64,000 nt of DNA, taken from IMG/VR virus record IMGVR_UViG_3300034134_000022, positions 1 to 64,000 of that record, one strand, 5' to 3'. Source of the DNA: a virus. Position 1 is the stretch's first letter. Each line of letters begins with the position of its first letter. Made by a program: the position numbers and the translations under genes. Positions 16,601 through 27,200 of this stretch are shown piece by piece. The notes under the pieces were generated by a model, which saw only the letters and a list, made by a program, of their open reading frames with translations, was not told the origin of the DNA and made no database searches.

Positions 16601-19600
16601 TAGCAAATGGCATTACTACAGCGCTGACAGGTGCCATTGATGGGGCTGTCAACGCTGCCTCAGCAGGGATTGCTCAGGCAGGCGCGGCAATTTTGGGGGG
16701 CAAGGCAATCCAGACGGTTGCAGGCCGCACGATCGGCGGTGCGGTCCAAGCCACAGGGCTAGCAGCACTACCACCATCGACAGCCAAAGCACTACCACCC
16801 GCACAGACGGATGTAGAAGCCATTCCTGTCACGGTGGAAGCGGTTCCCCAGCGAGCGAAAGCAAAACAGCTTCCACCCGTTAAACCTGCCCAGCCAGCGC
16901 CTAGAGAAGGGCGAGAAGGGCTGTTTCAAGACCTCAATGAGCAATACTCCGTTGAGGGACTGCGAGAAGTTGCCAAGCGCCTGGGCCTTACCAGTAAACG
17001 GTCACGCAGCCTGAAGAAAGAAGATCTTGCTCGTGAGCTGTCTTCCACTGATTTTGGCGTACCGATCGATAAGGTGCTGGCTGAAGTTGGCGACAGTGCC
17101 AAACTCAAAGCTTTCCAAACGGGTAGTCAGGGCACCGTTCCCAAACTGCCAGCCGAGGCATTGACCTCAATCAAGTCAGGCAGTGAAAAGTTAAAGCAGC
17201 TCTACAAACAGTTTCAAACGGCTCAGGGGCAGCAACGGCTTGTCCTGGCACGGGCGATCGCCACTGAATCTGACCAGCAGGTTGCCGCAATTGATCAGGC
17301 ATTTAAAGAGTTTCAGGTTGAAGGTAAAACCGCACAGCAGTTAGCTGGACTGCGAACCCAGTTGACGCAGCGATCGGAGCTACCACGATCGGAGGCACGG
17401 AACGCGGGACGACAGCAGATTCAGGAAACCCAACGCCAGGGCAGCAGCTCAAGGGCCGTGCAAACCGTTAACGCAACGGTGGTGGATGTTTCATCAGGAG
17501 ATGACCTCAACTCAGCAAATCTGCTCAATACATTGCGTGAGGGTAGCCAGGTTGTCAGTCGGGAACTAGGTAATGCAATTGAGCGGTTTAACGAAGCACA
17601 GCAAACCCTGGCAGACACCATTAACACTCAGGTCGCTCGATTTGCTGAAATTGAACCGGAGGCAACGTTGCCTGCCACCTTGCAAAAAGCGGCTGGCACA
17701 CCGAAGGGTAAGGATTTACTGGTCAACACGGCTGGGTTCGCTGCCTCGATCGCTGGCAATCAGTTGGGTGGTGCCGCTGGTGGACTGGCGGGGGATTTGA
17801 TTGGAGCGCTAGCCGCTCGCAATGCTCTCTCAGGGGGGCAGTTCGGTCAAGGCGATGATCTGTTTGGTGATCTCGCTGGGTTTGCGATCGGTAACGGTGC
17901 CGCTGCCCTGGGAAGTATGGTGCCGGGTGTGGCTGGCATTCCCTTTAAGGGCGCAGCCGTCGCGATGGCTGCCGTGCCTCAACTGACCAAATTGCGGCAA
18001 CGCATTCAGGGCCGATTGGGAGAAGACGACGAGGCAAAAGCCAGTGGTGATGATTTAGCAGCTGCTAACTTGACCAGTGGCGCAACGAGCTTAAAACGCA
18101 CGCTGACCAGCAAATCGCGGCAGTTGCTTTCTCAGTTAGAGAAACAGCTTGGGGACACGATCGACAGCCTTGCCCTGGCATTCTCCAGCGATAAGGATTA
18201 TGCCAGCAACGCGGGACAGCAGGAAATTCGGGCACTCAACCAGCTCAACCAGACCGTTGAGCGGTTATTAGAAGAGCGTGGGCAGATCATCAGCGAAACG
18301 TTTGACGCGGAGATGACTCGCGCCAACCAGGAATTACTGCAAATTGGGGCACGAATTGCGGCAAAGACCGAGGCACGTCCCGATTTTGGCTTGCTGGCAG
18401 ACCGGGCGATCGACGATGGCACTCAGGCAAAGTCGCAGCAGGTCGTTGGCGAGAATCAGCAAGAGCTGCGAGCTAACAAACGACGTGCGTTTGAGCTGGA
18501 GCGTAAGACCGGAGTGGTCGCCGATGCCAGCCTGACTCGCATTGAAGACCCGATCGCTGGTAGCGATCTTAAGGGTGTGTTTGGCACGCTGCGAACCGTC
18601 TTCAAAGGGGTGCAGACCGATATTCGTGCGGCTGTCACCAGGCAAGCAGAAGCACTGACGGTTGAAAGTAAGAGCCTGCTCAACGACATCCGCAGCAGTG
18701 AGGCAGTTGCCAAAGGGTCAGGCGATCAGACGCAGGCGAAGCGGTTGGGTAAGGCAGGCGATCGGGCTGAAAAGGCGATCGCGGGTTCCGAAGCGATCCT
18801 TGCCAAGCCGACCAGCGCTCTCACTGACAAGGAAATTGCCAAGCTGCGGGAGTACCGCAAAGAACTCCTCAGCGTTTACAAGTTGCTCGATCGACCCCTG
18901 CCAACGCCTGCCGCCAGTGGTGGGGCCAGTGGGTTTGGTCAACTGCTGGACGTATTCGGCAAACTCAAACCGCTGATTGGGCCCGTCCTTGCTGGGCTGA
19001 TTGGCTTCCAGGGGTTGCAGTTTGCCACTACGCAACTGAAAGATTTTGTTTTTCAGGCAATTCAAGCCTCAATCAAGCTGGACAACCTCAAAACGGCGCT
19101 CAATTTCGCTAGTGGCAGTTCCACTGTGGGGGCGCAAAACCTCGCTTTTGTTAGAGGAGAAGTCGAACGGTTGCGAGTGCCCCTGTCAGCCGCACAGGAG
19201 GGCTTCGTCAAGCTGGCAGCGTCTACCCGTGGCACCAACAGTCAGAGCGCAACCAAGCCTTTGTTTACAGGCATTGCGAGTGCCTCCACCGTCTTAGGGC
19301 TGACCAGCGAAGAGTCAAACGGCACGTCTCTCGCCTTTTCTCAGATTGCTTCTAAGGGCAAGGTCTATACCGAAGAATTACTCCAGCTCCAAGAACGCAT
19401 TCCCAGCTTCATGGCAACGGTGCAACGGGCATTGGGGCTATCCGGTGCTGAATTGTCGAAGGCGCTACAAGCAGGGGCGATTTCTGCCGATGAATTTCTG
19501 CCCAAGATTGCGCGGCAATTGCAAGTGGAGTTTGGTGGGGCAGCCGTTGATGCTTCGAAGAATGCGCAATCGGCTATTTTCAACGTTCAGAACAAATTTC

Positions 19601-22600
19601 TGGAGTTGCAGCAGTCGGTTGGTGCAGCGTTTGGTCCTGCACTGATTGTTGGCGCAAATCTGCTAGGCAAAATTCTCGAAGGCATTGCTCAGAAAGCGGC
19701 AGAAGGCGCAGAGGGCATCAACAAAATTTCGGCAACGCTGGGTGTGATTCTGACACCGATCAACGCGATCGCCAGCCGTCTAGCCACAATTCCAGGCATC
19801 GGTAAAGCGTTTGAAGTGGCGATGAATGCCGTGCTGGCAGTGCTCGCCACGATCGCCGCCAGCGTTGCTGTGAGCTTGCTGGGCAAATTACTGGCGCTAC
19901 CTGCGATCGCTAAAGTCATTGCGGCTGGGTTTAGCGCGATCGGTGGGTCGCTGGCAGCCGCGTTTGCCGCACTACCTGCCCTACTAGCGAAATTCTTCTT
20001 ACTGCAACTGGCGGTGGAAGCCGTTACAGGCGCATTGAGCGTCTTTGTGCCGTCTGACCTGGGCAATCAGTTTAAGGGGTTTGCAGACCAGGCAGAAGCC
20101 AACCTAAAGCGCATTGAGGATGCGGCGAAACGGGCTAAGGGTGAAGTTCAGGGTGTTGCCCCACCGGAAGAACTGCCGTCTGAAGGGCCAGATATCGGCA
20201 AAGTGCTGACGTTTGGTGCAGCCAGCTTCAAAACTGACGATCTGCTCAAAGGCATCAACGGCGCTCAAGAGAAAGTAAATCTGGCGTTTGGGGCTGACAA
20301 AGATTACGGCAAAGTAACCACCCTTGCTGAAAAGAAAGGTCAAAACGATGTTTTAGAAGCCACACGCTTTGGCGATAGCGCCCGCGCCCTCAGTGGGCAG
20401 GTGTTTGAGGGTGATTTAGGGATTAAGGCAAAATTGCTTGGAGTGGCTGATCTGGATAAACAGACCCAGGCAGTGCAAAATCAACGCGCCCTTGCTGCCA
20501 ATAAGCCTCAAGCAGACAAAAATGAAATTGCAGGCCTTGACAAACAACTGGCAGAACTGAACGCCAAGCGCGAAGCCGCCTCTGCGCCATTGATTGAGCA
20601 ACGGGGCGCTATTACCGCTCAACTCAATAATGCTAAAGCAGGATTGCAGGCGATCGACGCCAAAAATCTACCTGTTGAGCAAGCCAAGTTACTCAAAGCT
20701 CCGTTTGAAGAGGCTGTTAGCCAGTTGGAGAAGGCTCAGGCTGCAATCAATAAGTTTGAAGGGGGCATCAAAACCTCAGTCAGCGCCGGACGTGAACTGA
20801 CCACCACCTTTACTAAACTGGCAACCGAGTTGGAAGAAGCGCGACGAATTGCCGATCGGGTCTTTAACCAGAGTAGCCAGAACATTCTGAAGCAGCAGTT
20901 TGCCAACTTCACCAAAGACCCTCGTGCTGCACAAGTGGCAGCCGTTAATCAGTCAAAAACTGAGCAAACCCGCTTGCAGGCACAATTTGACGCAGGACAA
21001 ACCACACTTGACCAGCAGGAAACGGCGCTGAAAGGGGCTGACGCTCAGACATTACTGGGCACAATTCCCATTGGCAATTCTGGCAAGACGGTGACAATTG
21101 GTTCCTCTCTGGCTGAGATTGAGGAAGCGTTGAAAGGCACACCAGATAACCAAACGGACAAAAAAGCCATCCTGGAGCGCTTGAAAGAGTTTCGTGAAGG
21201 CACGGACAAGCAACAACAGTTGGGCACTCAGGTTGAGCAAGCACGAGTTACAGTGCAGAAAACCGAAGAGTCCTCAGCATTAGCAGATATCGATCGCGAT
21301 GCTGGCAAGCGTGACCAATCGCTGAAGCGAGATGATGCTAAACGGGCTATCCCCATTCGCCAAGACAACGCTGCACTAGCGAAGGAACGGGCTGAATTGT
21401 CGCAGGAACGGGCTAGATTGTCGCAGAAGCGCGCTGGTCTGACGCTGGACAAAGCTAATAACAAGTTCTTCAGTGAAGCCGATGCGGGTATTGTCGAAGC
21501 CGATGCGGGTATTGCTCAAGCCGATTTAGGAGTGAAGACGGCTCAGACTGGCGTTGATGAAGCCGATTTAGGAGTGAAGACGGCTCAGAACCAGGTTGCA
21601 TCAACCAATCAGCGCCAAGCCAACACTCAGCAAGCGTTAGACGATTTGACCAGCCAGAAAGGCAGAATTAGCGCTGAAGAATATAACAAACGGCAGCGAG
21701 AGTTAACGACCCAGCTTACTGAATTACGGTTAGAGGGTGCGAACGCTGCTGTTGCTGTAGAAGAGGCGCTAGCGAAAAAGGTTGAAGCAACCTCAGCGAA
21801 GTCGGAAGCCTCTGCCGCCAAATCGGAAGCCTCTGCGAAAAAGGTTGAAGCGCTGAACCGCAAAATTCTCGAAGGGTTGGAACTAGCCAACCGTCAAGCG
21901 GGTGCGGCGATTCAGCTTAGTGCGACGAACGACACCACCGCTGTTAAACAACAGCTTGCGAGTCAGTCGATCGCCGAAGAAGACACACAACCCAAGCTCA
22001 ACGCGATCGCGACGGCTCAGGCATTAAGTGAAGGGGAGCAAATTAAGAAGGAAATCGCTCAGAATGCCCAGCTAGAGCGGGATAAACGCCAAACCAAAAA
22101 AGAGACCATCCTGAAAGCGCTGGAACTCAACCAGAAGTTAGCAGAGTCTAATCAGAAGGTGGTTGACCTCGAACTTGAGCGCCAGAAACTGGTGCGTGAC
22201 CTTGCCATCAAAGGCATTGAAGACCGCATGGCGGCAACGCAAGAGGCATCTAACGAACAGCTTGCCGCACTCGATCGTGAGAAAACGGCGATTGTTGAAA
22301 TTGGGCAGAAAGCGCTGGAGCTGCAAACTACCCTACTTCAGAGCAAAGGCGATTTGCAAAAGTCGTTGGATGCCCTGGCGACATCAAAACTAGAGATCAA
22401 GGTCAAAGTTGCTGAGGAAGGCGAAAAGTTACTGGGTACGGTCAAGGACCCGCAAGCCAACAGCCGAGTTAAGAAGGTTGCGCGACGACAACTATCTGAA
22501 CTGGGCTTTAGCAGTAGTGCCAAGGAAGGCGACCTGGCGGATGGTCGGCTGAAACTGGAGCAACAGTTAGCGGTGCAGAAGCAGGCAGCGCTACTGCGTG

Positions 22601-23754
22601 AGCAGGGCTTGCAGCAGCTGCTGCTAGAGATTGAAATTAAGAAACAGGAGTTTGCCGCTAAGTCTGCCCAGTTCGAGGCGCGGAAAAATGTGCTGTTGCA
22701 AGAGCAGGCGATTCTCCAAGCAAAAAACAATCTGGACAAGGCGAAGGAGCTAGCGCCAGGGCGGGAACGCGATCGGGCGATCGCCGCTGCCTCCAGCGAC
22801 CTCAGCATCGCTCAGAAGGGACTGGGTAATGCTCAGGAGTTGTCAGGGTTGGCTGATCAGCAGTTTGCATCAGTGGGTAAGAATGCCGACCTACAGCGTC
22901 GGGCGCTCGGTGCAAAGCAGCAGAATGAGTTAACCAATTTTCAGGCGGATCAGCGTAGCCGACTGCGTGGTTCTGAACTGGAACGTGCTGGACTCAAGGG
23001 GAATCAGAGTAGTTTTAATTTCAAGAATGCTGCCAAAGCCTTCTATGACGGCACGGCTGTTCAAGGGCTAGGAACTGGTAGCCAAGGATCAACAGTCAAG
23101 GGTCAGCAGATTGATGCAAACGGCAATCCTATTGCAAACAGTGCCTCACCAGGAGGTGGTAGCGATGTGCTCAAGGTGTTAAACGAGCTAGCAGGCTTCT
23201 TAGCTGAAGTGTTCGGGCGCTTCGATACCTACCTGAAGGCAACAGCAACAGGCATTATCAAAATGAGTGGTCTAAGAGTAGACCCTAAAAAACCGATCAA
23301 CCCCTTGCTCAAGGGACTTGCTAAAAATGCGGGATTGGGGCTGCTGAATGGCGACGATGAGGTAGACCCAGCAGAGGTAACAAGCAAAGGCGAAGTGCAA
23401 CGCAATAAAGGGGTGCAATCGGGCAACTATGCGGCAATGAATCGCGCTTTAAAGCTTGGCGGTGGGAGCAACGACGATCGAGGTCTGCGAGACACGTCTA
23501 GCGTCTTTTCACTTCAGCAAAGTGCACCTACACCTGATAGCAGCAGCGGTGTGGTGGAATCTAGTTCTAGCGGCAAAACAGAATCATTCAATAGCGAACT
23601 GATTGGCTTTTTAGGGACAAAATTGGATCTGCTGAATGCCAACATTGAGCGACTGGCAAACACACCAAGAGCGATCGCCTTCCATTCTCAGCAACCAGTC
23701 GATGATTACGCAGACTACCAGAATCGTAATACTGGCAACCTACTAAGGGCTTGA
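13645..23754 (+). CDS. tail tape measure protein (3369 aa)
   Basis: Follows the G/GT chaperone. Core tape-measure region: LKTALNFASGSS...TSLAFSQIASKGKVYTEELLQLQERIPSF...AISADEFLPKIARQL. A long hydrophobic Ala/Gly/Leu block follows, then extensive coiled coil and tandem repeats. Confidence 0.9.
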   Translation: MTEVVGSAAIELRLDQSRFNRELRDLETLQLKPIALGLQLNLPQLQQQLKGVRLESIAVGLNADTSSLQKQLQAFSATLTVKAVLDTTTVDRQLKAYAGERTLKLTARVDDRELTALNKHLDLKQKHFAQVNEAFKATPLTPRVDLRQLEALDGRLKSIQKRYDIDVNFRVDAGALRSQISAIDVPVILRYANTQPLGALTQKVEIDSKGIETSLGNSVEQAFKKVRGGGLFSGFGSLITAPLRLAGSGISTILGGLTLGATQEVSRNLGKGLSTAFEGALSKSVGSSELLGAKVGGAIGSAVVQEFQTQTQTIAQVLEKQIDKIQDTKLRKKLKENLKSVVELPGQVGQAVIGTIGQDTVTREGLFQRGQQRQAQAAKTPVAREEAVAAFRELIATSKSVEARATQSKATLDRQIQTRQREVTEVGKRYEQLAIAIQQAEVGGAKTEDLAPLASELSATAQDFQALSQSLGTLVQARDVASKAVQEAKQGRVAARQQLDQVSPEQQPRAFTELAQSTLGESFDAEKLPKLVVDEARLKASGAGSLYVPAENAIITTNKIYDAVLKQALTQQQADTLGEEIAHAEDFDFGSFKGIQAARENRPIGQRVTPTNEEAARFAPELGRYAQEKREAELNAKVKGARGAQDYLQRQDRLQVVSEASDVAVQGEKFTAPARKAVFKEALITLKQEAAKRFTESDQSIDQFIGSYKASLTEIESIAQRAAQSAGSATREEVAGLQQEMNAAIASLSSVFDAVGTEIRRVQAIAPEEALQEKQQQIAGLLKQFNKKELVPLAEQVGVQDAGKLKKKDLIQQITSTADIRQLEPKVFDLTRAKAQQQLEQRAAGAQTVGSVARGAADLAGATAGKVQDIAASAPVQGVVQAAGTAGKVMLAVGKAGYKIASGMESLALDLVPAGRAIKGIAQQTVVPAALFAGATAFIPGGAGVAAGLSHVVGGVASPLLHAAGAGATDAASSAIAGHIPNAFGLANGITTALTGAIDGAVNAASAGIAQAGAAILGGKAIQTVAGRTIGGAVQATGLAALPPSTAKALPPAQTDVEAIPVTVEAVPQRAKAKQLPPVKPAQPAPREGREGLFQDLNEQYSVEGLREVAKRLGLTSKRSRSLKKEDLARELSSTDFGVPIDKVLAEVGDSAKLKAFQTGSQGTVPKLPAEALTSIKSGSEKLKQLYKQFQTAQGQQRLVLARAIATESDQQVAAIDQAFKEFQVEGKTAQQLAGLRTQLTQRSELPRSEARNAGRQQIQETQRQGSSSRAVQTVNATVVDVSSGDDLNSANLLNTLREGSQVVSRELGNAIERFNEAQQTLADTINTQVARFAEIEPEATLPATLQKAAGTPKGKDLLVNTAGFAASIAGNQLGGAAGGLAGDLIGALAARNALSGGQFGQGDDLFGDLAGFAIGNGAAALGSMVPGVAGIPFKGAAVAMAAVPQLTKLRQRIQGRLGEDDEAKASGDDLAAANLTSGATSLKRTLTSKSRQLLSQLEKQLGDTIDSLALAFSSDKDYASNAGQQEIRALNQLNQTVERLLEERGQIISETFDAEMTRANQELLQIGARIAAKTEARPDFGLLADRAIDDGTQAKSQQVVGENQQELRANKRRAFELERKTGVVADASLTRIEDPIAGSDLKGVFGTLRTVFKGVQTDIRAAVTRQAEALTVESKSLLNDIRSSEAVAKGSGDQTQAKRLGKAGDRAEKAIAGSEAILAKPTSALTDKEIAKLREYRKELLSVYKLLDRPLPTPAASGGASGFGQLLDVFGKLKPLIGPVLAGLIGFQGLQFATTQLKDFVFQAIQASIKLDNLKTALNFASGSSTVGAQNLAFVRGEVERLRVPLSAAQEGFVKLAASTRGTNSQSATKPLFTGIASASTVLGLTSEESNGTSLAFSQIASKGKVYTEELLQLQERIPSFMATVQRALGLSGAELSKALQAGAISADEFLPKIARQLQVEFGGAAVDASKNAQSAIFNVQNKFLELQQSVGAAFGPALIVGANLLGKILEGIAQKAAEGAEGINKISATLGVILTPINAIASRLATIPGIGKAFEVAMNAVLAVLATIAASVAVSLLGKLLALPAIAKVIAAGFSAIGGSLAAAFAALPALLAKFFLLQLAVEAVTGALSVFVPSDLGNQFKGFADQAEANLKRIEDAAKRAKGEVQGVAPPEELPSEGPDIGKVLTFGAASFKTDDLLKGINGAQEKVNLAFGADKDYGKVTTLAEKKGQNDVLEATRFGDSARALSGQVFEGDLGIKAKLLGVADLDKQTQAVQNQRALAANKPQADKNEIAGLDKQLAELNAKREAASAPLIEQRGAITAQLNNAKAGLQAIDAKNLPVEQAKLLKAPFEEAVSQLEKAQAAINKFEGGIKTSVSAGRELTTTFTKLATELEEARRIADRVFNQSSQNILKQQFANFTKDPRAAQVAAVNQSKTEQTRLQAQFDAGQTTLDQQETALKGADAQTLLGTIPIGNSGKTVTIGSSLAEIEEALKGTPDNQTDKKAILERLKEFREGTDKQQQLGTQVEQARVTVQKTEESSALADIDRDAGKRDQSLKRDDAKRAIPIRQDNAALAKERAELSQERARLSQKRAGLTLDKANNKFFSEADAGIVEADAGIAQADLGVKTAQTGVDEADLGVKTAQNQVASTNQRQANTQQALDDLTSQKGRISAEEYNKRQRELTTQLTELRLEGANAAVAVEEALAKKVEATSAKSEASAAKSEASAKKVEALNRKILEGLELANRQAGAAIQLSATNDTTAVKQQLASQSIAEEDTQPKLNAIATAQALSEGEQIKKEIAQNAQLERDKRQTKKETILKALELNQKLAESNQKVVDLELERQKLVRDLAIKGIEDRMAATQEASNEQLAALDREKTAIVEIGQKALELQTTLLQSKGDLQKSLDALATSKLEIKVKVAEEGEKLLGTVKDPQANSRVKKVARRQLSELGFSSSAKEGDLADGRLKLEQQLAVQKQAALLREQGLQQLLLEIEIKKQEFAAKSAQFEARKNVLLQEQAILQAKNNLDKAKELAPGRERDRAIAAASSDLSIAQKGLGNAQELSGLADQQFASVGKNADLQRRALGAKQQNELTNFQADQRSRLRGSELERAGLKGNQSSFNFKNAAKAFYDGTAVQGLGTGSQGSTVKGQQIDANGNPIANSASPGGGSDVLKVLNELAGFLAEVFGRFDTYLKATATGIIKMSGLRVDPKKPINPLLKGLAKNAGLGLLNGDDEVDPAEVTSKGEVQRNKGVQSGNYAAMNRALKLGGGSNDDRGLRDTSSVFSLQQSAPTPDSSSGVVESSSSGKTESFNSELIGFLGTKLDLLNANIERLANTPRAIAFHSQQPVDDYADYQNRNTGNLLRA

Positions 23755-23768
23755 TGAGGGCTTAACGA

Positions 23769-23774
23769 GGGAAC
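23769..23774 (+). promoter_or_regulatory. GGGAAC box
   Basis: GGGAACCCCAGAG, 34 nt upstream of GTG 23803. The hairpin GGGAA-N6-TTCCC spans 23781-23796. Confidence 0.3.
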
Positions 23775-23802
23775 CCCAGAGGGAAGCGTTATTCCCCCTG
23801 CT

Positions 23803-24279
23803 GTGCTGATTTTGACCCTCGACGGTATTGAGTGCCGCTTAACCGATTTTTTAGTGAACGGCTACGAGCAGACCTTTGCGGATAGCTCTGAGCTGAACTA
23901 TTCGTTGAATGGTTCGCCGCTAGTTGATGGCATTTTGTACGAACCGAAGCGAGTGCTGACGATCGGGGTGTTCGGCACCGAGGCAGACAGAGTAGCGCTC
24001 CTGCAAATTTATCAGCGATCGGAACGCAAACGACGCACCCAGCAAGCCGGGTTCGGCATCATTGTGCATGACCTGATCGGCTCAGTAGTGGAAGACGTGG
24101 CACGCACAAGAGCGCTTGCCAGCGGTGCTACAGTCACAAACTTTCCTGGCGGTGGTTGCGAATATTTTGCTCAATTTGAATATCAACTGTTTCAGCCGAA
24201 GGTGGAAGAGTCGGGTAATGGGATTCATACCCATTTGCTCAAGTTTGTGCTGAAGGAGCTGCGGACGGTTGCAGCATGA
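23803..24279 (+). CDS. distal tail protein (positional call)
   Basis: 158-aa ORF directly after the tape measure gene, with a 4-nt overlap to the next gene. Confidence 0.45.
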   Translation: MLILTLDGIECRLTDFLVNGYEQTFADSSELNYSLNGSPLVDGILYEPKRVLTIGVFGTEADRVALLQIYQRSERKRRTQQAGFGIIVHDLIGSVVEDVARTRALASGATVTNFPGGGCEYFAQFEYQLFQPKVEESGNGIHTHLLKFVLKELRTVAA

Positions 24280-27200
24280 CCATCAACCTCAGCATTCGCA
24301 ATTACTCACTGGATGTTGCAGGGCTGAACTGCACCGATCCACTGGTGAGTTTTTCGGGCAGTGATAGCAAAATTGACCAATCTGGACTGATCACCTTCAC
24401 TGGCAATCTCGTCTTAGGCAGACCAGAGGGCATTTTTGAAAGCCTGGACGATCGCAAGAATAGCCGCTGGAGCCAGGGCAATCCGGTCGGTTTATTGCTT
24501 GCTGACAAGGCTGGCACACTGCGATCGCCGCCACGTTGCGGCAGTTTGTTTATCCTCGAAAGCAGCTACAGCCCGAAATCACGCAGGTTGACACTTCAGT
24601 TGGGCGATTGGCTGAGTCTGCTAAAGGGGAAAGAGCCGATCGGCAATGCTTCTAAAATTTGCCTGGGCACCAGCACTTCTAAAAGTGGGCTGATCAAAAC
24701 TTTGCTCAAGGCTGCTGGCATACCCAGCGAATTGCAGATGATCGCTGTACCTGGGGCAATTAGCGCCCCTGCACCGCGATTACTGGAGGGGAGTTATATT
24801 GACCAGGCTGGACAGGTAGCAGCCTCTAGCGGCTATTTTCTGTACGTTGAGAATGGGGTGGTTCGTTCAAGGGCGATCGACGCGCAGACCACTACAGCCG
24901 TTGTGCGAATCGATGCAGGTCAGGTGGTTGATAGTGAGCGCGTGGCAGGTCAGGTGCCTGCTGCAAAGCTCATCGTGCAGGCGCAATGCAGCATAACAAC
25001 GCCTGCTAGAGATTCCTATTCAGCCTATGCAGAGCAACGTGGTCCTGCCCTCGTTGCCGGTGTGCCCTCTGGTGCTGACTCCGCTCCGGTGGGTGAGATT
25101 GTGCTGAAGCGCACTCAAAAAAGTGACAACTTTAATCGGGGTGCAAAGACTCGCGAAATTACGAGCCAGATTGCTCAGTGTCTCGGCATTCTGCTACCTG
25201 AAGATCCCGATTTTGCAGGCAGTACAGCCCTCTCTACGGGTGAATATCGCAGAGAAACGCACTACTACGAAACAAATGCACCGCTGACCAGCGTGGCGGG
25301 TAGCCCTGCCTGCCAGCAAGGGAATCAGGGGCGGCGGCTGCGAACGGTGATCGAGCTGTACAAACTGCGCGGGGTAGTGCTGCGAGACGTGTTGGCAACC
25401 TATCCAGCCGAGGAAGTGGGCGATAAGACGATACCCCTGCTCGCAGAAGTGGAAGAGATCACTTATCGGTATGACCTGGGGCAAAACTTTCAAACGACGA
25501 TCGGCAGCCCTGACGACTGGACACCGACACCGTTGGGGGATGGTCCCGAAATCACAACGCGCAAATTTCAGCCAGTGGGTGCGCTGTGCCCTAATGAGTT
25601 TGCTTACGAATCGGTGCTGACTAACGCGACTCGCATGGTCGAATGCGATCGCAAGCTTGAGCGCTGGGTCGAGAACCATCAGGGCGAATGGGAGAAATCA
25701 ACGCAGCAGTATCAATCGTTGATTCTGGCTAGTTCTAATACTGCTGAGGTGTTGCGCTCCACAATTGAAGATCTGGCGACACTGGTCGATGCCCTCACAG
25801 CGCTGTCCGTGGGCGAGGACGAAAGCGAATTTTCTAATGGTGGACAATGCCAACCCTCTGCACCAACAACTTACCCCGCTGCCTTTGCGACCACTGAGAA
25901 AAGCGTGAAGGGGATTGCCAAGCTACCTGCTAATGCTTCGACACCCTATCGCCAGCCTGAGCAGAGTTTGAGTTTTAGCTATCTCAACAGCACATCAAGG
26001 GCAGCCGCTCAGGGCGATGCGACCCGACTGGCGAAACTGTGGGCCCCGTTGCTGTGGGGGCGCTACAAAGCCGTTTCTTACACTACCGACTTGGCGGATG
26101 CATGGTTTGGGTATGAGCCCCTGGCGCGAGTGGATGCGGTTGAGGAAGACGATCGGTTTGCTTATTTGGGCGATGGCTTTGCGCTGGCGATCGCGGGGAT
26201 GCGTTGCGTTGTGAGCATTGACGGTCTTTACTTGGGCTACTTGGGTGCTGATTACACTGAGCCTGACACTACCCCCCCGATCGACGTTGACCCAGAAGAC
26301 CCAGAAGCAAGCTACATTCCCGGTGCAGTGAACATTCTGCCGCCTGAAGTAGTGCCTCCGTATGTCCAAACGAGCAGCATCGAGGGCGCGCAGGGACAAG
26401 CCGCAAGACTCAGCTATCGACTGTACACACTAGACCCACTGGAGTTGCCTTTACAGACAGCGCAAGGGCAGGCAGGACAACTCACGCTCTCACTGACAGA
26501 GCCGCGCAAGCTTCAGAGCGCCCAGGGTCAAGCAGCACGACTCACGGCAACAGTGATACTGCCGTTGTTAAAAACGCTGCAATCAGCTCAGGGAGAAGCG
26601 GCAAGACTGTCAATGATTAGTAGCAGTATTGGTTACACCGCACCTACGTCTTACTGGAACTTGCAAACCGATGGTAATGATAGTGCAGGGGCTTTGAACC
26701 TTACAAATAATGGTGTCGCCTTCGGCTCAGGCTATGGGTCTTTTGACGGTGGTGATAGCCTTTCTCGGAGCAATAACACCGCTCTGCAACTAGGCAGTGG
26801 GGATTGGACAATCCTGACTTGGGTTTATTTTGACTCGCTTTCTAGCTACACTTGCATCCTTTCTAAAGGCGTTAGTGGATATGGAGAGTACGAGATCTTG
26901 GCTGATCCGTATGGTGGGGGTTTCTACGTCAGCACGTACCGGGCTGTCACTGGCGGTTCCGACTATGTTCGAGTAGGCAACACAGCCCCAGCAACCGGAA
27001 CTTGGCACTTCCTTTGTGCCCAGTACATTGCTTCTAGTGGGACGTTGCGAATCTCGCGCAATAATGGCGCGTTCAGCAGCCTCGTTGTTGGTGGGCCACC
27101 ACGCACCCTTGACGGTGCGCTAACGCTAGGCGCTCAAGGTTCTGAATACAGGCTAAACGGCAGAATGCGGTACACAGGGTTGTTTAAGGGCGCTGTGTTG

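Noticed and set aside
13773-23426. About 30 minus-strand ORFs (60-179 aa) listed inside the tape measure gene.
   Set aside because: All are antisense to one uninterrupted 3369-codon ORF with clear tape-measure motifs. Their Ser/Ala/Arg/Cys-rich products are what the reverse frames of GC-rich, repeat-rich coding DNA give. The same reasoning applies to antisense ORFs inside 9973-12939, 24276-28334 and 44979-47990.
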